This document shows, piece by piece, positions 18,876 to 28,693 of a stretch of DNA of 35,890 nt (the stretch's first letter is position 1; each line of letters opens with the position of its first letter). This stretch comes from Candidatus Spechtbacterales bacterium (lineage in GTDB: Bacteria; Patescibacteriota; Minisyncoccia; Spechtbacterales; 2-12-FULL-38-22). The stretch covers positions 1-35,890 of the forward strand of contig JAWVZY010000003.1 of NCBI GenBank assembly GCA_033721955.1. Reading direction: 5' to 3'. Under the pieces are notes generated by a model, which saw only the letters and a list, made by a program, of their open reading frames with translations, was not told the DNA's origin and did no database searches. Both the position numbers and the translations under genes were made by a program.

Positions 18876-19552
18876 AAATATCCATAATTTTACCGGCATA
18901 TGATGAACAGGAGAATATTGAAAAAGCAGTTGAGGAATGTGATAAGGTTTTGCCCCGGCATTTGGCCGAATATGAGCTTGTTTTGGTAAATGATGGAAGT
19001 TCTGACAGGACAGGTGAGATAATAGATAAAATAGCCGAACAGAAGCTCCATGTAAAAGCTCTTCATCACAGGCAAAATAAAGGATTGGGTGCGGCGGTGC
19101 GCACAGGCGTTGAAAATTCCGAATATGAATATATATTTTTAAGCCCTTCAGACCTTCAATTTGATATAGCAGAGATAAAAAATTTTATTGATGCGGCCGG
19201 CAATGCCGATATAATTGCCGGTTATCGGGTAAGCCGCAATTATAATTGGTACAGAAAAATGAATACTCGCGCCAATCTTTTGCTACTAACGCTACTTTTT
19301 GGACTGCGTGTGCGCGACCCTAACTGGGTTAAATTATTTAAGAGAGATATTTTTGAGATAGCTCCCATACGCTACGAAGGATTTTTTTGGGATTCTCAGG
19401 TTTTGATAGATGCACAAAAACGAGGGTTAAAAATAAAAGAAATACCCGCCGGCATTAGAGATCGTGTTGCGGGTAAAGCAAGTGGTTCAAGTCCGCTTAG
19501 GGTTTTCAAAACCCTCTTAGAAATGTTAAAATTTAGAATTACAAACAAGTAA
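18872..19552 (+). CDS. GT2 polyprenol-phosphate glycosyltransferase-like enzyme
   Basis: 'ILPAYDEQENI', 'VNDGSSDRT', 'N.GLGAA', 'SDLQF'; short DPM1-like length. Confidence 0.85.
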   Translation: MKISIILPAYDEQENIEKAVEECDKVLPRHLAEYELVLVNDGSSDRTGEIIDKIAEQKLHVKALHHRQNKGLGAAVRTGVENSEYEYIFLSPSDLQFDIAEIKNFIDAAGNADIIAGYRVSRNYNWYRKMNTRANLLLLTLLFGLRVRDPNWVKLFKRDIFEIAPIRYEGFFWDSQVLIDAQKRGLKIKEIPAGIRDRVAGKASGSSPLRVFKTLLEMLKFRITNK

Positions 19553-19553
19553 T

Positions 19554-21119
19554 ATGGAATTTATAAAAGAAAATAAATTAACTGTAATTTTTGCCGGCAT
19601 TTTGCTTTTATTAACGTTTATACTCTGGTGGCCGACCAGGACGTTGCCTTATTGGTGGGATAGTGCCGGTTACATAATGGGTGCGGCTAATTATTATCTG
19701 GAAACTAATTTTAGCTCATTTATATTTCCCCCAGATGCTCCGTTTTCAGTACACGCTCATCCGCCTCTTTTTTCATTTATCTTAGCTTTGCTTTGGAAGG
19801 CGTTTGGCCAGTCGCTTTTGGTAAGTCATATATACTATTTGTTTTTTGTTATCCTTGCTTCTCTGGGTACTTACTGGCTCGGTAAAGAGATAGCCGATTT
19901 TAAAGATGATCTGTTAAATCATTTGGTGGGTTTTTCAGCTTCACTCTTTTTATTATTATCACCTCTTTATCTTGCTCAAATAGGAATAATTTATGTAGAG
20001 ATACCCGCAGCCGCCTTTGCTGTATGGGCGGTTTACTTTTTCATAAAAAGAAAGGCGCTCGGTTATATGGCAGCAGGCGCCTTAATGGTGCTCATGAAAG
20101 AAGTTTCAATTGTCATAATTGCGGCAGTAGGACTTGTGCTTCTTGCCCATTTTATAAAAGATTTCAAAACTAAAAAAGAAGAGAGAAAAAATCTAACAAT
20201 TCAGTTTTTAAAAGATGCTGCTGTGTATGCGTTTCCTGCCCTTGTTTTATTTGGATGGTTTGTATGGCACAGAGCGGTAGCGGGGTGGTGGTTTAATCAG
20301 CCGCACTATCAGGAAACATTTAATCAGAATTTAGTCACATTCTCTGCTGATAAATTCAAATTTGTATTTAATTACTTTTTTACTGCTCAGTCGAGATGGA
20401 TGATTGCCGCACTTATGGCAATATTTTTATTTATTATATTTTCGCGTCACGGTGTAAAAAGGTTTTTGAAAAAAGAGCTTTATCCTATATTTTTAGCAAT
20501 GCTTTTCGTACCGCTGTTATTCGGTAAAATAGATTTTATAAATCGTTATATAATCTTTGGTTTACCTTTTTATTTTATCGCTTTTAGTTATATTTGGGCC
20601 TATGTCCTGCATCCTGAATTTAAAGAACATGCGGCTGAAACGGGAAAGAAAGTAGTTTATATTGGCTCAGCTCTTCTTATAGGTTTTATGTTTACACTGC
20701 ATTGGAATAACGGCATAAAACTTACAACTTGGCATTTTGCCCCAATTGAAGAGAACGTTGAATATATGGATGTAATTCGCGTTGGAAAGGAAATGGCAAA
20801 TTATATAGAAACAAATTATCCTACAGCCACAGTTTATACGGGCTTCCCCTCTAATTACATGTTGAGAAAACCCTTTCAGGGATATGTATCTAAACCGGTA
20901 GATGCCAGAGATTGCACCGCCTATAAAGAAGGGGATAAAGTAGATTTGGTGGTTTTCCATGTTTTGAGCCCTACACAGGTGCAGTGCAAAAACTTGATAC
21001 AACATCTCGGCCTTCAGCCATTAGACGAGGGTGGTTTTGCGCATAATGGCAAATGGATGCAGATATATGTACCACCTGAAAAGATAGAAGAGGCACAACA
21101 AGCTGAGAGCGATCTTTAA
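19554..21119 (+). CDS. GT-C membrane glycosyltransferase (ArnT/PMT-like)
   Basis: 'WWDSAGY' after TM1, 'HPPL', many TMs, 'RY' motif, extracytoplasmic C-terminal domain. Confidence 0.8.
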   Translation: MEFIKENKLTVIFAGILLLLTFILWWPTRTLPYWWDSAGYIMGAANYYLETNFSSFIFPPDAPFSVHAHPPLFSFILALLWKAFGQSLLVSHIYYLFFVILASLGTYWLGKEIADFKDDLLNHLVGFSASLFLLLSPLYLAQIGIIYVEIPAAAFAVWAVYFFIKRKALGYMAAGALMVLMKEVSIVIIAAVGLVLLAHFIKDFKTKKEERKNLTIQFLKDAAVYAFPALVLFGWFVWHRAVAGWWFNQPHYQETFNQNLVTFSADKFKFVFNYFFTAQSRWMIAALMAIFLFIIFSRHGVKRFLKKELYPIFLAMLFVPLLFGKIDFINRYIIFGLPFYFIAFSYIWAYVLHPEFKEHAAETGKKVVYIGSALLIGFMFTLHWNNGIKLTTWHFAPIEENVEYMDVIRVGKEMANYIETNYPTATVYTGFPSNYMLRKPFQGYVSKPVDARDCTAYKEGDKVDLVVFHVLSPTQVQCKNLIQHLGLQPLDEGGFAHNGKWMQIYVPPEKIEEAQQAESDL

Positions 21120-21122
21120 AAT

Positions 21123-21977
21123 ATGAGTGTATTGGGCAATATTTATTTTGCTTCCCCCGGTTTTTTGCGTAAGATATTTGGAGGCATTTATAAGGCGTAT
21201 AAGGATTTTGGAGCAGATATGAGAAGAGCACTGAGCGAGAGAAATTTTCAAAAAGCTTTAATTGATAGTTCAGAGGGCAAAATAGAAGATCTTAATATTT
21301 TTGAGCAAAAAATATATTCACAACATGGAGAAGATGGAATATCCCGGGCAATATTTGAAAAGATAGGCACTGTGGGTAAATTTTGCGTAGAATTCGGTGT
21401 TGGTAATGGCTCCGAATGCAATACGCGTTATTTTATAGAAAAAGAGGGCTGGGATTATCTGCACATGGACGCGGGAGATACAGTAGTGCCTTTTACAGAT
21501 ATAAAAAGAGAGTTCATTACAGCAGAGAATATAAATAATTTATTTGCCAAATATACAGTTCCGCGTGAATTTGACTTGCTTTCAATAGATATTGATTACA
21601 ATGATTATTGGATATGGAAGGCAATAGAGGATTATAGGCCTAGAGTGGTAATTATAGAATATAATGCAAGCATTCCCTTCGGGGAAAGTAGGGCGGTTAA
21701 ATACAACCCTGAGGCCTCTTGGGATGGAACTAATTATTTTGGTGCAAGTTTGTCCGCATATATAAAACTTGCAGAAGAAAAAGGATATAAGCTTATTGGC
21801 TGCGACAGCACGGGAGTTAACGCCTTTTTTGTAACTCGGGAACTTGCAGATAAGCACTTTGCATTAAAAGATGCGAAGCAATTGTATAAACCTCCCCGTT
21901 ATGGTGCAAAAGAGGGCGGTGAATATATAGGTCATCCTCCAAATAATAAAAACTCGGATCAATGGATAAACATTTAG
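21123..21977 (+). CDS. FkbM-like putative methyltransferase
   Basis: 'YSQHGEDG', 'VEFGVG', 'SIDIDYNDYWIW', 'IEYN', 'GVNAFFV'. Confidence 0.7.
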   Translation: MSVLGNIYFASPGFLRKIFGGIYKAYKDFGADMRRALSERNFQKALIDSSEGKIEDLNIFEQKIYSQHGEDGISRAIFEKIGTVGKFCVEFGVGNGSECNTRYFIEKEGWDYLHMDAGDTVVPFTDIKREFITAENINNLFAKYTVPREFDLLSIDIDYNDYWIWKAIEDYRPRVVIIEYNASIPFGESRAVKYNPEASWDGTNYFGASLSAYIKLAEEKGYKLIGCDSTGVNAFFVTRELADKHFALKDAKQLYKPPRYGAKEGGEYIGHPPNNKNSDQWINI

Positions 21978-22666
21978 TAATAATACCCACATATAACGAG
22001 ATAGATAATATTAAGGAACTCGTTCCTGAGATTTTAGAATTACCCCATGATTTTCATATTCTTGTGGTAGATGATAATTCACCCGATGGCACAGGGGAGC
22101 TGGTTGAAGATATGTCCCTAAAGCACGAGAGGATAAATGTACTCAGGAGGCCCTGGAAGGAGGGTCTTGGTAAAGCGTATATTGCCGGCTTCAAGTGGGC
22201 TCTTGATAAAGATTATGATACAATATTGCAGATGGATGCGGATTTTAGCCATTTGCCTGATTATTTACCGCGCTTTATTAAGAAGTTGAATAAACATGAT
22301 TTGGTCATTGGTTCGCGCTGTTACAATGGTCGCTTGAGTGTGGTAAATTGGGATATTAAAAGAGTATTGCTTAGTCGGCTTGGTACTACCTATGCACGGC
22401 TTGTAACGGGTGTACCTATGACTGATGCTACCGCGGGTTTTAAGGGTTGGCGTAGGGAGGTGCTTGAAGCGATAGATCTGGACAAAGTACTTTCTGAGGG
22501 ATATTCATTTCAGATAGAAATGAATTGGCGCGCAAAACAAGCGGGAGCAAATATTGGTGAAATGCCCATAATATTTTTTGACCGTAGACATGGCGAGAGT
22601 AAAATGAACGCCTCTATTGTAAAAGAGGCGCTATGGATACTTTGGAAAATAAAAATAAAAAAATGA
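21962..22666 (+). CDS. Polyprenol monophosphomannose synthase (Ppm1/DPM1-like GT2)
   Basis: 'IIPTYNE', 'VDDNSPDGTG', 'GLGKAY.AGF', 'QMDADFSH', 'GYSFQIE', 'F.DRR.G.SKM'. Confidence 0.9.
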   Translation: MDKHLVIIPTYNEIDNIKELVPEILELPHDFHILVVDDNSPDGTGELVEDMSLKHERINVLRRPWKEGLGKAYIAGFKWALDKDYDTILQMDADFSHLPDYLPRFIKKLNKHDLVIGSRCYNGRLSVVNWDIKRVLLSRLGTTYARLVTGVPMTDATAGFKGWRREVLEAIDLDKVLSEGYSFQIEMNWRAKQAGANIGEMPIIFFDRRHGESKMNASIVKEALWILWKIKIKK

Positions 22667-24915
22667 ATTTTTTTAAGAAAAACTTAATACCTATAATTCT
22701 TTTTCTGGTTGTTTTTGGCGTGTATCTTTATACGGCCCCTCCGGGTGCTACCAATTACGCTGATTCAAATGAATTAATTACTGCATCATACATACTGGGC
22801 GTGCCTCATCCGCCCGGCTATCCGCTTTTTGTGCTATTAGGAAAGTTATTTAGCTTGATACCTTTTGGCACCGTGGCTTATCGCTATGCTATAATGGCCG
22901 GTTTTCTTGGTTCTCTTACAGTGGTGCTTGTATATAAAGTTGTTTTACGCGTGCTAACAAAAGGAGGCGGCGATAAAAAAGAATTTAACTTGGTAGCATT
23001 TATAAAAGGAGAAGATCCTCGCCTGTTTGCACTTACCGGCGCTTTATCACTTGCATTTTCGTATCTATTTTGGCTTTATTCTTATATTCCCGAGGCCTTT
23101 GCTGTAAGCAACTTTTTTGCCGCTCTTATAATTTATATTGGGATAAATTGGTATTTTGAAAATAAAAAACAAGAAGTAAAAGGCAATGGGCAAGCCAAGG
23201 AGCAGAATTGGCTAAAGAGAAAAATGGGCGACAATTATTATCCGTTTGTTTTGTCTGTAGTATTTGTATTAGGGCTTTTAGCGCATCAGATAATTATATT
23301 CTTTGTTCCCGCTATGCTCTATCTTATATGGATAACCGACAGACATCTTTTTCGTCCATCAAAGAGGTGGTTTAAAATATTTGCCGGAATATTAATAGGA
23401 TTATTGCCTGTATTATATTTTCCCATTTCTACAGCGATGTTTAATCCGGTAATTGATTTTGGCAATGTAGATTCTCTAAAAGATGCCTCCGATCTTCTAA
23501 GTAGGCGCTATTATGCCAAAACATCTTCAACAGGAAGGGCATACCTGCCTTCAAATGCAAATTTAGAAGAGCGCCTTAATGACTTTCCCTGGTATTTTTC
23601 TCAGCTTAGTAAGTATATGAATTGGGCTGTTGTAGGACTTGGGATAATAGGCGTATTGTATAGTTTTTATATTTTCATCAACGGCAAAAGAAAAGATATT
23701 CTGCATTTTATTGTTTTGGCCTATGTCTTTTCGGGGGTTATATTGGCAATGTATGCCTTTGTAAACCATGAAAAGATACACGCAACATATAATAGCTTAG
23801 CGGTGCATGAGCGTATGTACCTTACAGGGCTTGTGGTCTTTGGCATGGTTGTAGGGCTGGGTGCTAAATATTTATTTGATCTTCTAAAAAAGAATAACTT
23901 AGAGTTTGGTTATAGCGCACTTTTGATATTAACTCTTCCCGTTATTGTCTTTAACAGTAACTTTGACAAGGCAAATAAGCATGACTTTCATTTAGGCGAG
24001 GATTATATGCACAATCTGTTTTTGAATATGGAGCCAAATGCCATATTTATAACTCACGGGGATATGCCTTCTTTTGCAGCTTATTATTATAAATATGCCA
24101 AGGGCTTGAGGCAGGATGTAACAATAGTGCCCCTTAGCATGCCTCATTGGCAGTTACCTACAATAAAAGAGGAAGACCCTGAGCTTTGGGATGCAGATAC
24201 CAGGGTATTGGCTCTTGTAGTGCGGGACATTATAGAGGAGAACATGGGTCGCCGCCCTATATATTTCACAGGTCTTCCGGGAGAATTTATACGTTTATAC
24301 GGCCTTGCAGAAAATCCTTATGTTCTTAGCCCCAGGGGACTTATACAGGAGGCAACAGAAAAATTCGAACCTATAGAAGATCCGGCTCTGTGGGAAGATA
24401 TGCGCTGGCGCCACTCAAAAAAAGCTGAGGATTATGAAGAGGGTTTTGCCAAAGAAATTATAGAGCAGTATGTAATAGGCCATTTTAATTCGTTTGCCTG
24501 GTATCTCAGATATGGTTATAACGATCTTGCAAAGAGAGAATATGACCTTCTTATGGCAAAAGATCCTGACCACAGAATAGCAAATAATGCTAAAGGTTTG
24601 TGGCAAAATAGCGCTCAAACTACACAGAGGAATGTTAAAAATCTCTCCCGCACAAAAGAGAATTTAGAACAGGAAACATTGGAGCTTATAGAAAATGGCG
24701 ATTCAAACGGTGCTATGGGAAACCTTTTGTATCTTGCCGAGCTTGATCCAAAGCATGTTGACTATCGTCTCTATCTTGCTAATTTATTTGGCAATCGCGG
24801 CTGGATACATGAAGCTGAGCAGCAAGTTAAAAAGGTTTTACAGATAGATCCGGCAAATGACATAGCAAATAAGCTAAAACGTCATATAGAAAATCTAAAA
24901 GCTCAAAATGAGTAA
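22663..24915 (+). CDS. DUF2723/TMEM260-family GT-C protein O-mannosyltransferase-like protein with C-terminal TPRs
   Basis: 'DSNELITA...LGVPHPPGYPL', multiple TMs, 'GD..SF', TPR-like tail; ATGA overlap with the upstream gene. Confidence 0.85.
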   Translation: MNFFKKNLIPIILFLVVFGVYLYTAPPGATNYADSNELITASYILGVPHPPGYPLFVLLGKLFSLIPFGTVAYRYAIMAGFLGSLTVVLVYKVVLRVLTKGGGDKKEFNLVAFIKGEDPRLFALTGALSLAFSYLFWLYSYIPEAFAVSNFFAALIIYIGINWYFENKKQEVKGNGQAKEQNWLKRKMGDNYYPFVLSVVFVLGLLAHQIIIFFVPAMLYLIWITDRHLFRPSKRWFKIFAGILIGLLPVLYFPISTAMFNPVIDFGNVDSLKDASDLLSRRYYAKTSSTGRAYLPSNANLEERLNDFPWYFSQLSKYMNWAVVGLGIIGVLYSFYIFINGKRKDILHFIVLAYVFSGVILAMYAFVNHEKIHATYNSLAVHERMYLTGLVVFGMVVGLGAKYLFDLLKKNNLEFGYSALLILTLPVIVFNSNFDKANKHDFHLGEDYMHNLFLNMEPNAIFITHGDMPSFAAYYYKYAKGLRQDVTIVPLSMPHWQLPTIKEEDPELWDADTRVLALVVRDIIEENMGRRPIYFTGLPGEFIRLYGLAENPYVLSPRGLIQEATEKFEPIEDPALWEDMRWRHSKKAEDYEEGFAKEIIEQYVIGHFNSFAWYLRYGYNDLAKREYDLLMAKDPDHRIANNAKGLWQNSAQTTQRNVKNLSRTKENLEQETLELIENGDSNGAMGNLLYLAELDPKHVDYRLYLANLFGNRGWIHEAEQQVKKVLQIDPANDIANKLKRHIENLKAQNE

Positions 24916-27145
24916 GCTGAAAAAAAATATAATACCTTTGGTGTTGCTGGCATTTGTATTTGGTCTTTATATTTCTACAGCATCTCCGGTTGCCACTAAT
25001 TACGCAGATTCAAACGAACTTATAACGGCCTCATATACTCTGGGTATACCTCATCCTCCGGGTTATCCTCTCTATGTATTAATAGGGAAGCTGTTTAGCT
25101 TTATACCTGTAGGCACTATTGCATTTAGATATGCAATAATGAGTTCATTATTTGGAGCGCTTACAGTAATGCTCGTATACACCACTTTAACCAAGGTTTT
25201 AAGTAGAAATTATACAGATCCTCTGCCAAAATTAAAAAATACGAAGTATTTGCTATACGTAGTAGTACCCGCTCTCACGGGTGCGCTTTCTTTGGCATTC
25301 AGCTATCTTTTTTGGCTTTATTCAATAGTGCCTGAAGTTTTTGCACTTAGTAACTTTTTTGCGGCACTCATAATCTATCTTGGTATAAGTTGGCATTTTA
25401 GTGTTAAAAGTTCAAAATCAGAAGTTAAAAATAAATTACGTAATAAATTTGAGGACTTGATCGGTCAAAAAAATTATTACCCCTTTTTAATCGGAGTTGC
25501 AAGCGGGCTTGGCTTTTTGGCTCATCAGGTTGTGATATTTCTTGCTCCGGCCCTTTTATATCTTATATGGATAACAGATAAAAAACTCTTTGTACCAACA
25601 AAAAGGTGGCTAAAAGTATTTGGCGGTATTGCTGTGGGCCTTATACCTTTAGTTTATTTTCCGCTTGTATCTTATTTATCAAACCCTATCATTGATTTTG
25701 GCAATGTAAATAGTTTTCAAAATTTCTGGGATCTTTTGAGTCGTAAGCTATATGCTACAGCCGAGGGTAAGGGAAATGCCTATTTACCCAACGCACTTAA
25801 TTTAGGGGGGCGGCTGGGAGATTTGCCAAATTATTACTCTACTCTTTTTGATTATCTTACCTGGCCTGTAATGTTTTTGGGTTTTCTGGGGCTTGGTTAT
25901 TTTGCATACATGCTTGCCGCGGGGAAATTAAAAAATTCAAAAGTTTTTATTGGGGCTTCCTATTTAGGATTAGGCATTTTATTTGCGATGTATACTTGGC
26001 TGGACGCGGAGAAAAGAGCTAATGCCGGTTATAATTTGCTTGGAGTGCATGAACGGATGTATATAATAGGGACTATTGCTTTTGCCCTGCTTGTGGGCAT
26101 TGGCTCAAATATTTTTTTAAAAGGTATAAAAAAGAGCAAGATATTGAGCGTGCCGATAATGGCTTTTCTTTTGCTGGCTGTACCTATGTATTCTTTGCAG
26201 ATAAATTATGCCAAAGCCGATAAGAGCGATTTTTACCTGGGGGAGGATTATGCCCACAACCTTTTTGTAAATATTGAAGATAACGCCATATTTTTTGTCA
26301 GGGGTGATATGCCTACGTTTGCGGCGTACTATTGGCAATTAGTAAGGGGCCAGCGTACTGATGTTACCCTCATTCCTTTAAGTTTGCCTACCTGGAAACA
26401 AAAAGATATCTTAGAACAGCATCCCGAACTTTGGGATGTGGACTCTCAAAAACTTGAACTTGTTATACGTGATATAATTTCAGATAACATAGATAAGCGC
26501 CCTATATACTTTACAGGTCTTCCCGCCGATGAAATGGCCCTGCTTGGCCTTGCAGAAACTCCATATGTATTAAGTCCGCGAGGGCCAATTCAGCGGGTCA
26601 CAAAAGAATTTGATCCGGCTCCCGATACGGACTGGTGGGCTAATATGCGTTTTCGGGGTTCTGATGAGGCAAGCGATTATCATGACTGGTTTGCCAAAGA
26701 AATTATAGAGCAATATCTAATAGGTCATTTCAATTCAATGAGCTGGTACCTTAGGTACGGTTATAACGATCTTGCCAGGGCAGAGCTTAATGAAATGCGC
26801 AGGATAGATTCCGGTCATAATACAACAGAGCGGGGCACATATGTATTTGGACAAAAAGGATCTGAGGGGCGTGTGGAGAGAGATCCTTCAAGAAATGAAC
26901 TTCAATTACACAGAGAGGCCGTCGAGTATATACGCCAAAATAGACCACTGGGTGCACTGGGCAATTATCTTTATTTGGTTGAACAAGACCCTCAAAATAT
27001 TGACTATAAACTAAGCTTGGCTAAGATATTTGCCGGCCTGGGCTGGCGCCCTGAGGCAGTAGAAACCTTGAATGAGCTTCTTGAACTGGATCCTGAACAC
27101 AAAGAGGCAAAGGGAATGCTCAGGCAATGGGAATTAATTGAATAA
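24908..27145 (+). CDS. DUF2723/TMEM260-family protein, tandem paralog
   Basis: Same motifs ('DSNELITASYTLGIPHPPGYPL', 'FAKEIIEQY.IGHFNS..WYLRYGYNDLA'), colinear with the previous gene. Confidence 0.85.
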   Translation: MSKLKKNIIPLVLLAFVFGLYISTASPVATNYADSNELITASYTLGIPHPPGYPLYVLIGKLFSFIPVGTIAFRYAIMSSLFGALTVMLVYTTLTKVLSRNYTDPLPKLKNTKYLLYVVVPALTGALSLAFSYLFWLYSIVPEVFALSNFFAALIIYLGISWHFSVKSSKSEVKNKLRNKFEDLIGQKNYYPFLIGVASGLGFLAHQVVIFLAPALLYLIWITDKKLFVPTKRWLKVFGGIAVGLIPLVYFPLVSYLSNPIIDFGNVNSFQNFWDLLSRKLYATAEGKGNAYLPNALNLGGRLGDLPNYYSTLFDYLTWPVMFLGFLGLGYFAYMLAAGKLKNSKVFIGASYLGLGILFAMYTWLDAEKRANAGYNLLGVHERMYIIGTIAFALLVGIGSNIFLKGIKKSKILSVPIMAFLLLAVPMYSLQINYAKADKSDFYLGEDYAHNLFVNIEDNAIFFVRGDMPTFAAYYWQLVRGQRTDVTLIPLSLPTWKQKDILEQHPELWDVDSQKLELVIRDIISDNIDKRPIYFTGLPADEMALLGLAETPYVLSPRGPIQRVTKEFDPAPDTDWWANMRFRGSDEASDYHDWFAKEIIEQYLIGHFNSMSWYLRYGYNDLARAELNEMRRIDSGHNTTERGTYVFGQKGSEGRVERDPSRNELQLHREAVEYIRQNRPLGALGNYLYLVEQDPQNIDYKLSLAKIFAGLGWRPEAVETLNELLELDPEHKEAKGMLRQWELIE

Positions 27146-27173
27146 TTATCATTAGCTAAAGTTAATAGAGGAT

Positions 27174-27210
27174 AATCCCGTCTGTATGCATGCAGGCGGG
27201 ATTTAGTTTT
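27174..27210 (+). terminator. Intrinsic terminator ending the glycan operon
   Basis: AATCCCGTCTGTAT-gc-ATGCAGGCGGGATT stem (with G-U pairs) followed by TAGTTTT. Confidence 0.75.
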
Positions 27211-27244
27211 CCACAGTTGACAAGGTTTTTTGTGTGTTTTGTCG

Positions 27245-27253
27245 TGATATAAT
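27245..27253 (+). promoter_or_regulatory. Extended -10 promoter for the putative major subunit gene
   Basis: TGaTATAAT; DnaA-box-like TTTTCCACA at 27207-27215 and TTGTCCACA at 27271-27279. Confidence 0.6.
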
Positions 27254-27278
27254 GGCTATATACTACCTTATTGTCCAC

Positions 27279-27367
27279 AATTAACATTCATGTGGTCGAC
27301 TGGACGATACAAGTCCCGATAGGGGCCAAAGACGTTAATTTTTGTGTGCTAGACGTCAGTACACAAA
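27279..27367 (+). ncRNA. Putative structured 5' leader RNA
   Basis: Nested stems AATTAAC/GTTAATT, TGGTC/GGCCA, GACT/AGTC and CC-GATA-GG, then hairpin TTTGTGTGCT/AGTACACAAA. Confidence 0.4.
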
Positions 27368-27396
27368 GCAGATAAACTAAAAGATAAATTTAACTT

Positions 27397-28575
27397 ATGA
27401 CAGCAGTTATACAAACAGCTAAAAAGAAGTATTACAGAGAAGTCATTACAATAGGGCTTATATTGTCGTTTCTGTTGCTCTCAACCGTATTTAGCACGGC
27501 ACAAGCCGGCGTATTTACAGGTGAGAGAGACACGCTTTCCAATTCAAGGCCTGGAGTAAACTCAAACCACACTGTGCGCTTTGTCACAGACAACGCCTTT
27601 GCGGTTGATGAGACCTTGGTTATAGCTTTTGACAGCACATTTGATGGCAGTTCCTTAACCGAGCCGGGTGATTTTGACCTGAGTTACGGTGGCGCTTCAG
27701 GTGATGCAACAGAAGTATTGCTTACAGCAGGTGCTCCAAGTGCTACTGAATGGAGGGTAGAGGCAGACAACACTGTAATTACATTTATTACAGCATCAGC
27801 TGCAAACACACTTCCTGGCTCAGGTGAAATAGTAGTTGTGGAGATAGGAACAAACGCTGACGCTCAAACTCAGGGCACTAACCAGATGGTTAACCCGTCT
27901 AAGGTTGCAGCAGAGGGTACAGCCGACATTCTAAATGTTAACTTGACCTATGATGCAAACGGTGTAAATGACACAGGTACAGCTCTTGTAGCAATTATTG
28001 AGGGTGTTACGGTTTCAGCGACAGTTGCAGAAACGCTTTCTGCAAGAATTGAAACAGATGTAGATGCAAACTGTGATGCTACATTTGGCAGTCAGGATAA
28101 CAGTGGTAGCGTAACTAACACCTCTGTTACCTATGGAACACTGACAGCAGATCAATTCCGACATGAGTGCCAGAAGCTTATTGTGAGCACTAACGCGGCA
28201 AACGGATTTTCAGCTACTTCTCAGGAAAACACAGCGCTTTACGAAAGTTCAGCAGGAAATACTATTGATAATTTTGCTGAAGGCAGCGCAAGTCCTACTA
28301 CAGGAAATACATGGTCTACTACATATGGATTTGGATATGCTTGTTCAAACACATATGATGGTGGAATTCAAAGCGGTGTTTGCTCTGAAACAAACAGCTT
28401 GAATTTCCGACCATTTGCAGATCGTTCGATCTCGCAGGATCCTGCAGAGTTCTTATCTTCAGCGGGAGCAACAACAAATACCTCCCTTGTTAACTACAGG
28501 ATAAGAGTTTCGGCAGATCAGCAGGCGGGTGATTATTCAAACATAGTGACTTACGTGTTTACACCTACGTTCTAA
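27397..28575 (+). CDS. Secreted acidic beta-rich protein, putative major surface filament/layer subunit with C-terminal WxL-like/pilin-like domain
   Basis: Signal peptide ending AQA; no TM anchor; ends QQAGDYSNIVTYVFTPTF; has its own promoter and terminator. Confidence 0.75.
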   Translation: MTAVIQTAKKKYYREVITIGLILSFLLLSTVFSTAQAGVFTGERDTLSNSRPGVNSNHTVRFVTDNAFAVDETLVIAFDSTFDGSSLTEPGDFDLSYGGASGDATEVLLTAGAPSATEWRVEADNTVITFITASAANTLPGSGEIVVVEIGTNADAQTQGTNQMVNPSKVAAEGTADILNVNLTYDANGVNDTGTALVAIIEGVTVSATVAETLSARIETDVDANCDATFGSQDNSGSVTNTSVTYGTLTADQFRHECQKLIVSTNAANGFSATSQENTALYESSAGNTIDNFAEGSASPTTGNTWSTTYGFGYACSNTYDGGIQSGVCSETNSLNFRPFADRSISQDPAEFLSSAGATTNTSLVNYRIRVSADQQAGDYSNIVTYVFTPTF

Positions 28576-28590
28576 GAAATTCTGAAAACG

Positions 28591-28632
28591 AACTTAAAAC
28601 ACCTCCGTTTAACGGGGGTGTTTTAAGTTTTT
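28591..28632 (+). terminator. Intrinsic terminator
   Basis: AACTTAAAACACCTCCGTT-t-AACGGGGGTGTTTTAAGTT followed by a T run. Confidence 0.85.
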
Positions 28633-28675
28633 CCACAAGATATACCCATAAACGTTTCAACTCTTTGTATGAGCG

Positions 28676-28684
28676 TGGTACTAT
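28676..28684 (+). promoter_or_regulatory. Extended -10 promoter
   Basis: TGgTACTAT; TTTTCCACA at 28629-28637. Confidence 0.5.
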
Positions 28685-28693
28685 AGATTATAG

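Noticed and set aside
27217-27222. TTGACA as the -35 of the major subunit promoter
   Set aside because: It is 25 nt from TATAAT at 27248, too far for a sigma70 promoter; the extended -10 is sufficient.
27207-27279. Replication origin based on DnaA-like boxes
   Set aside because: Only one or two boxes per intergenic region, no dense cluster, and no dnaA/dnaN nearby.
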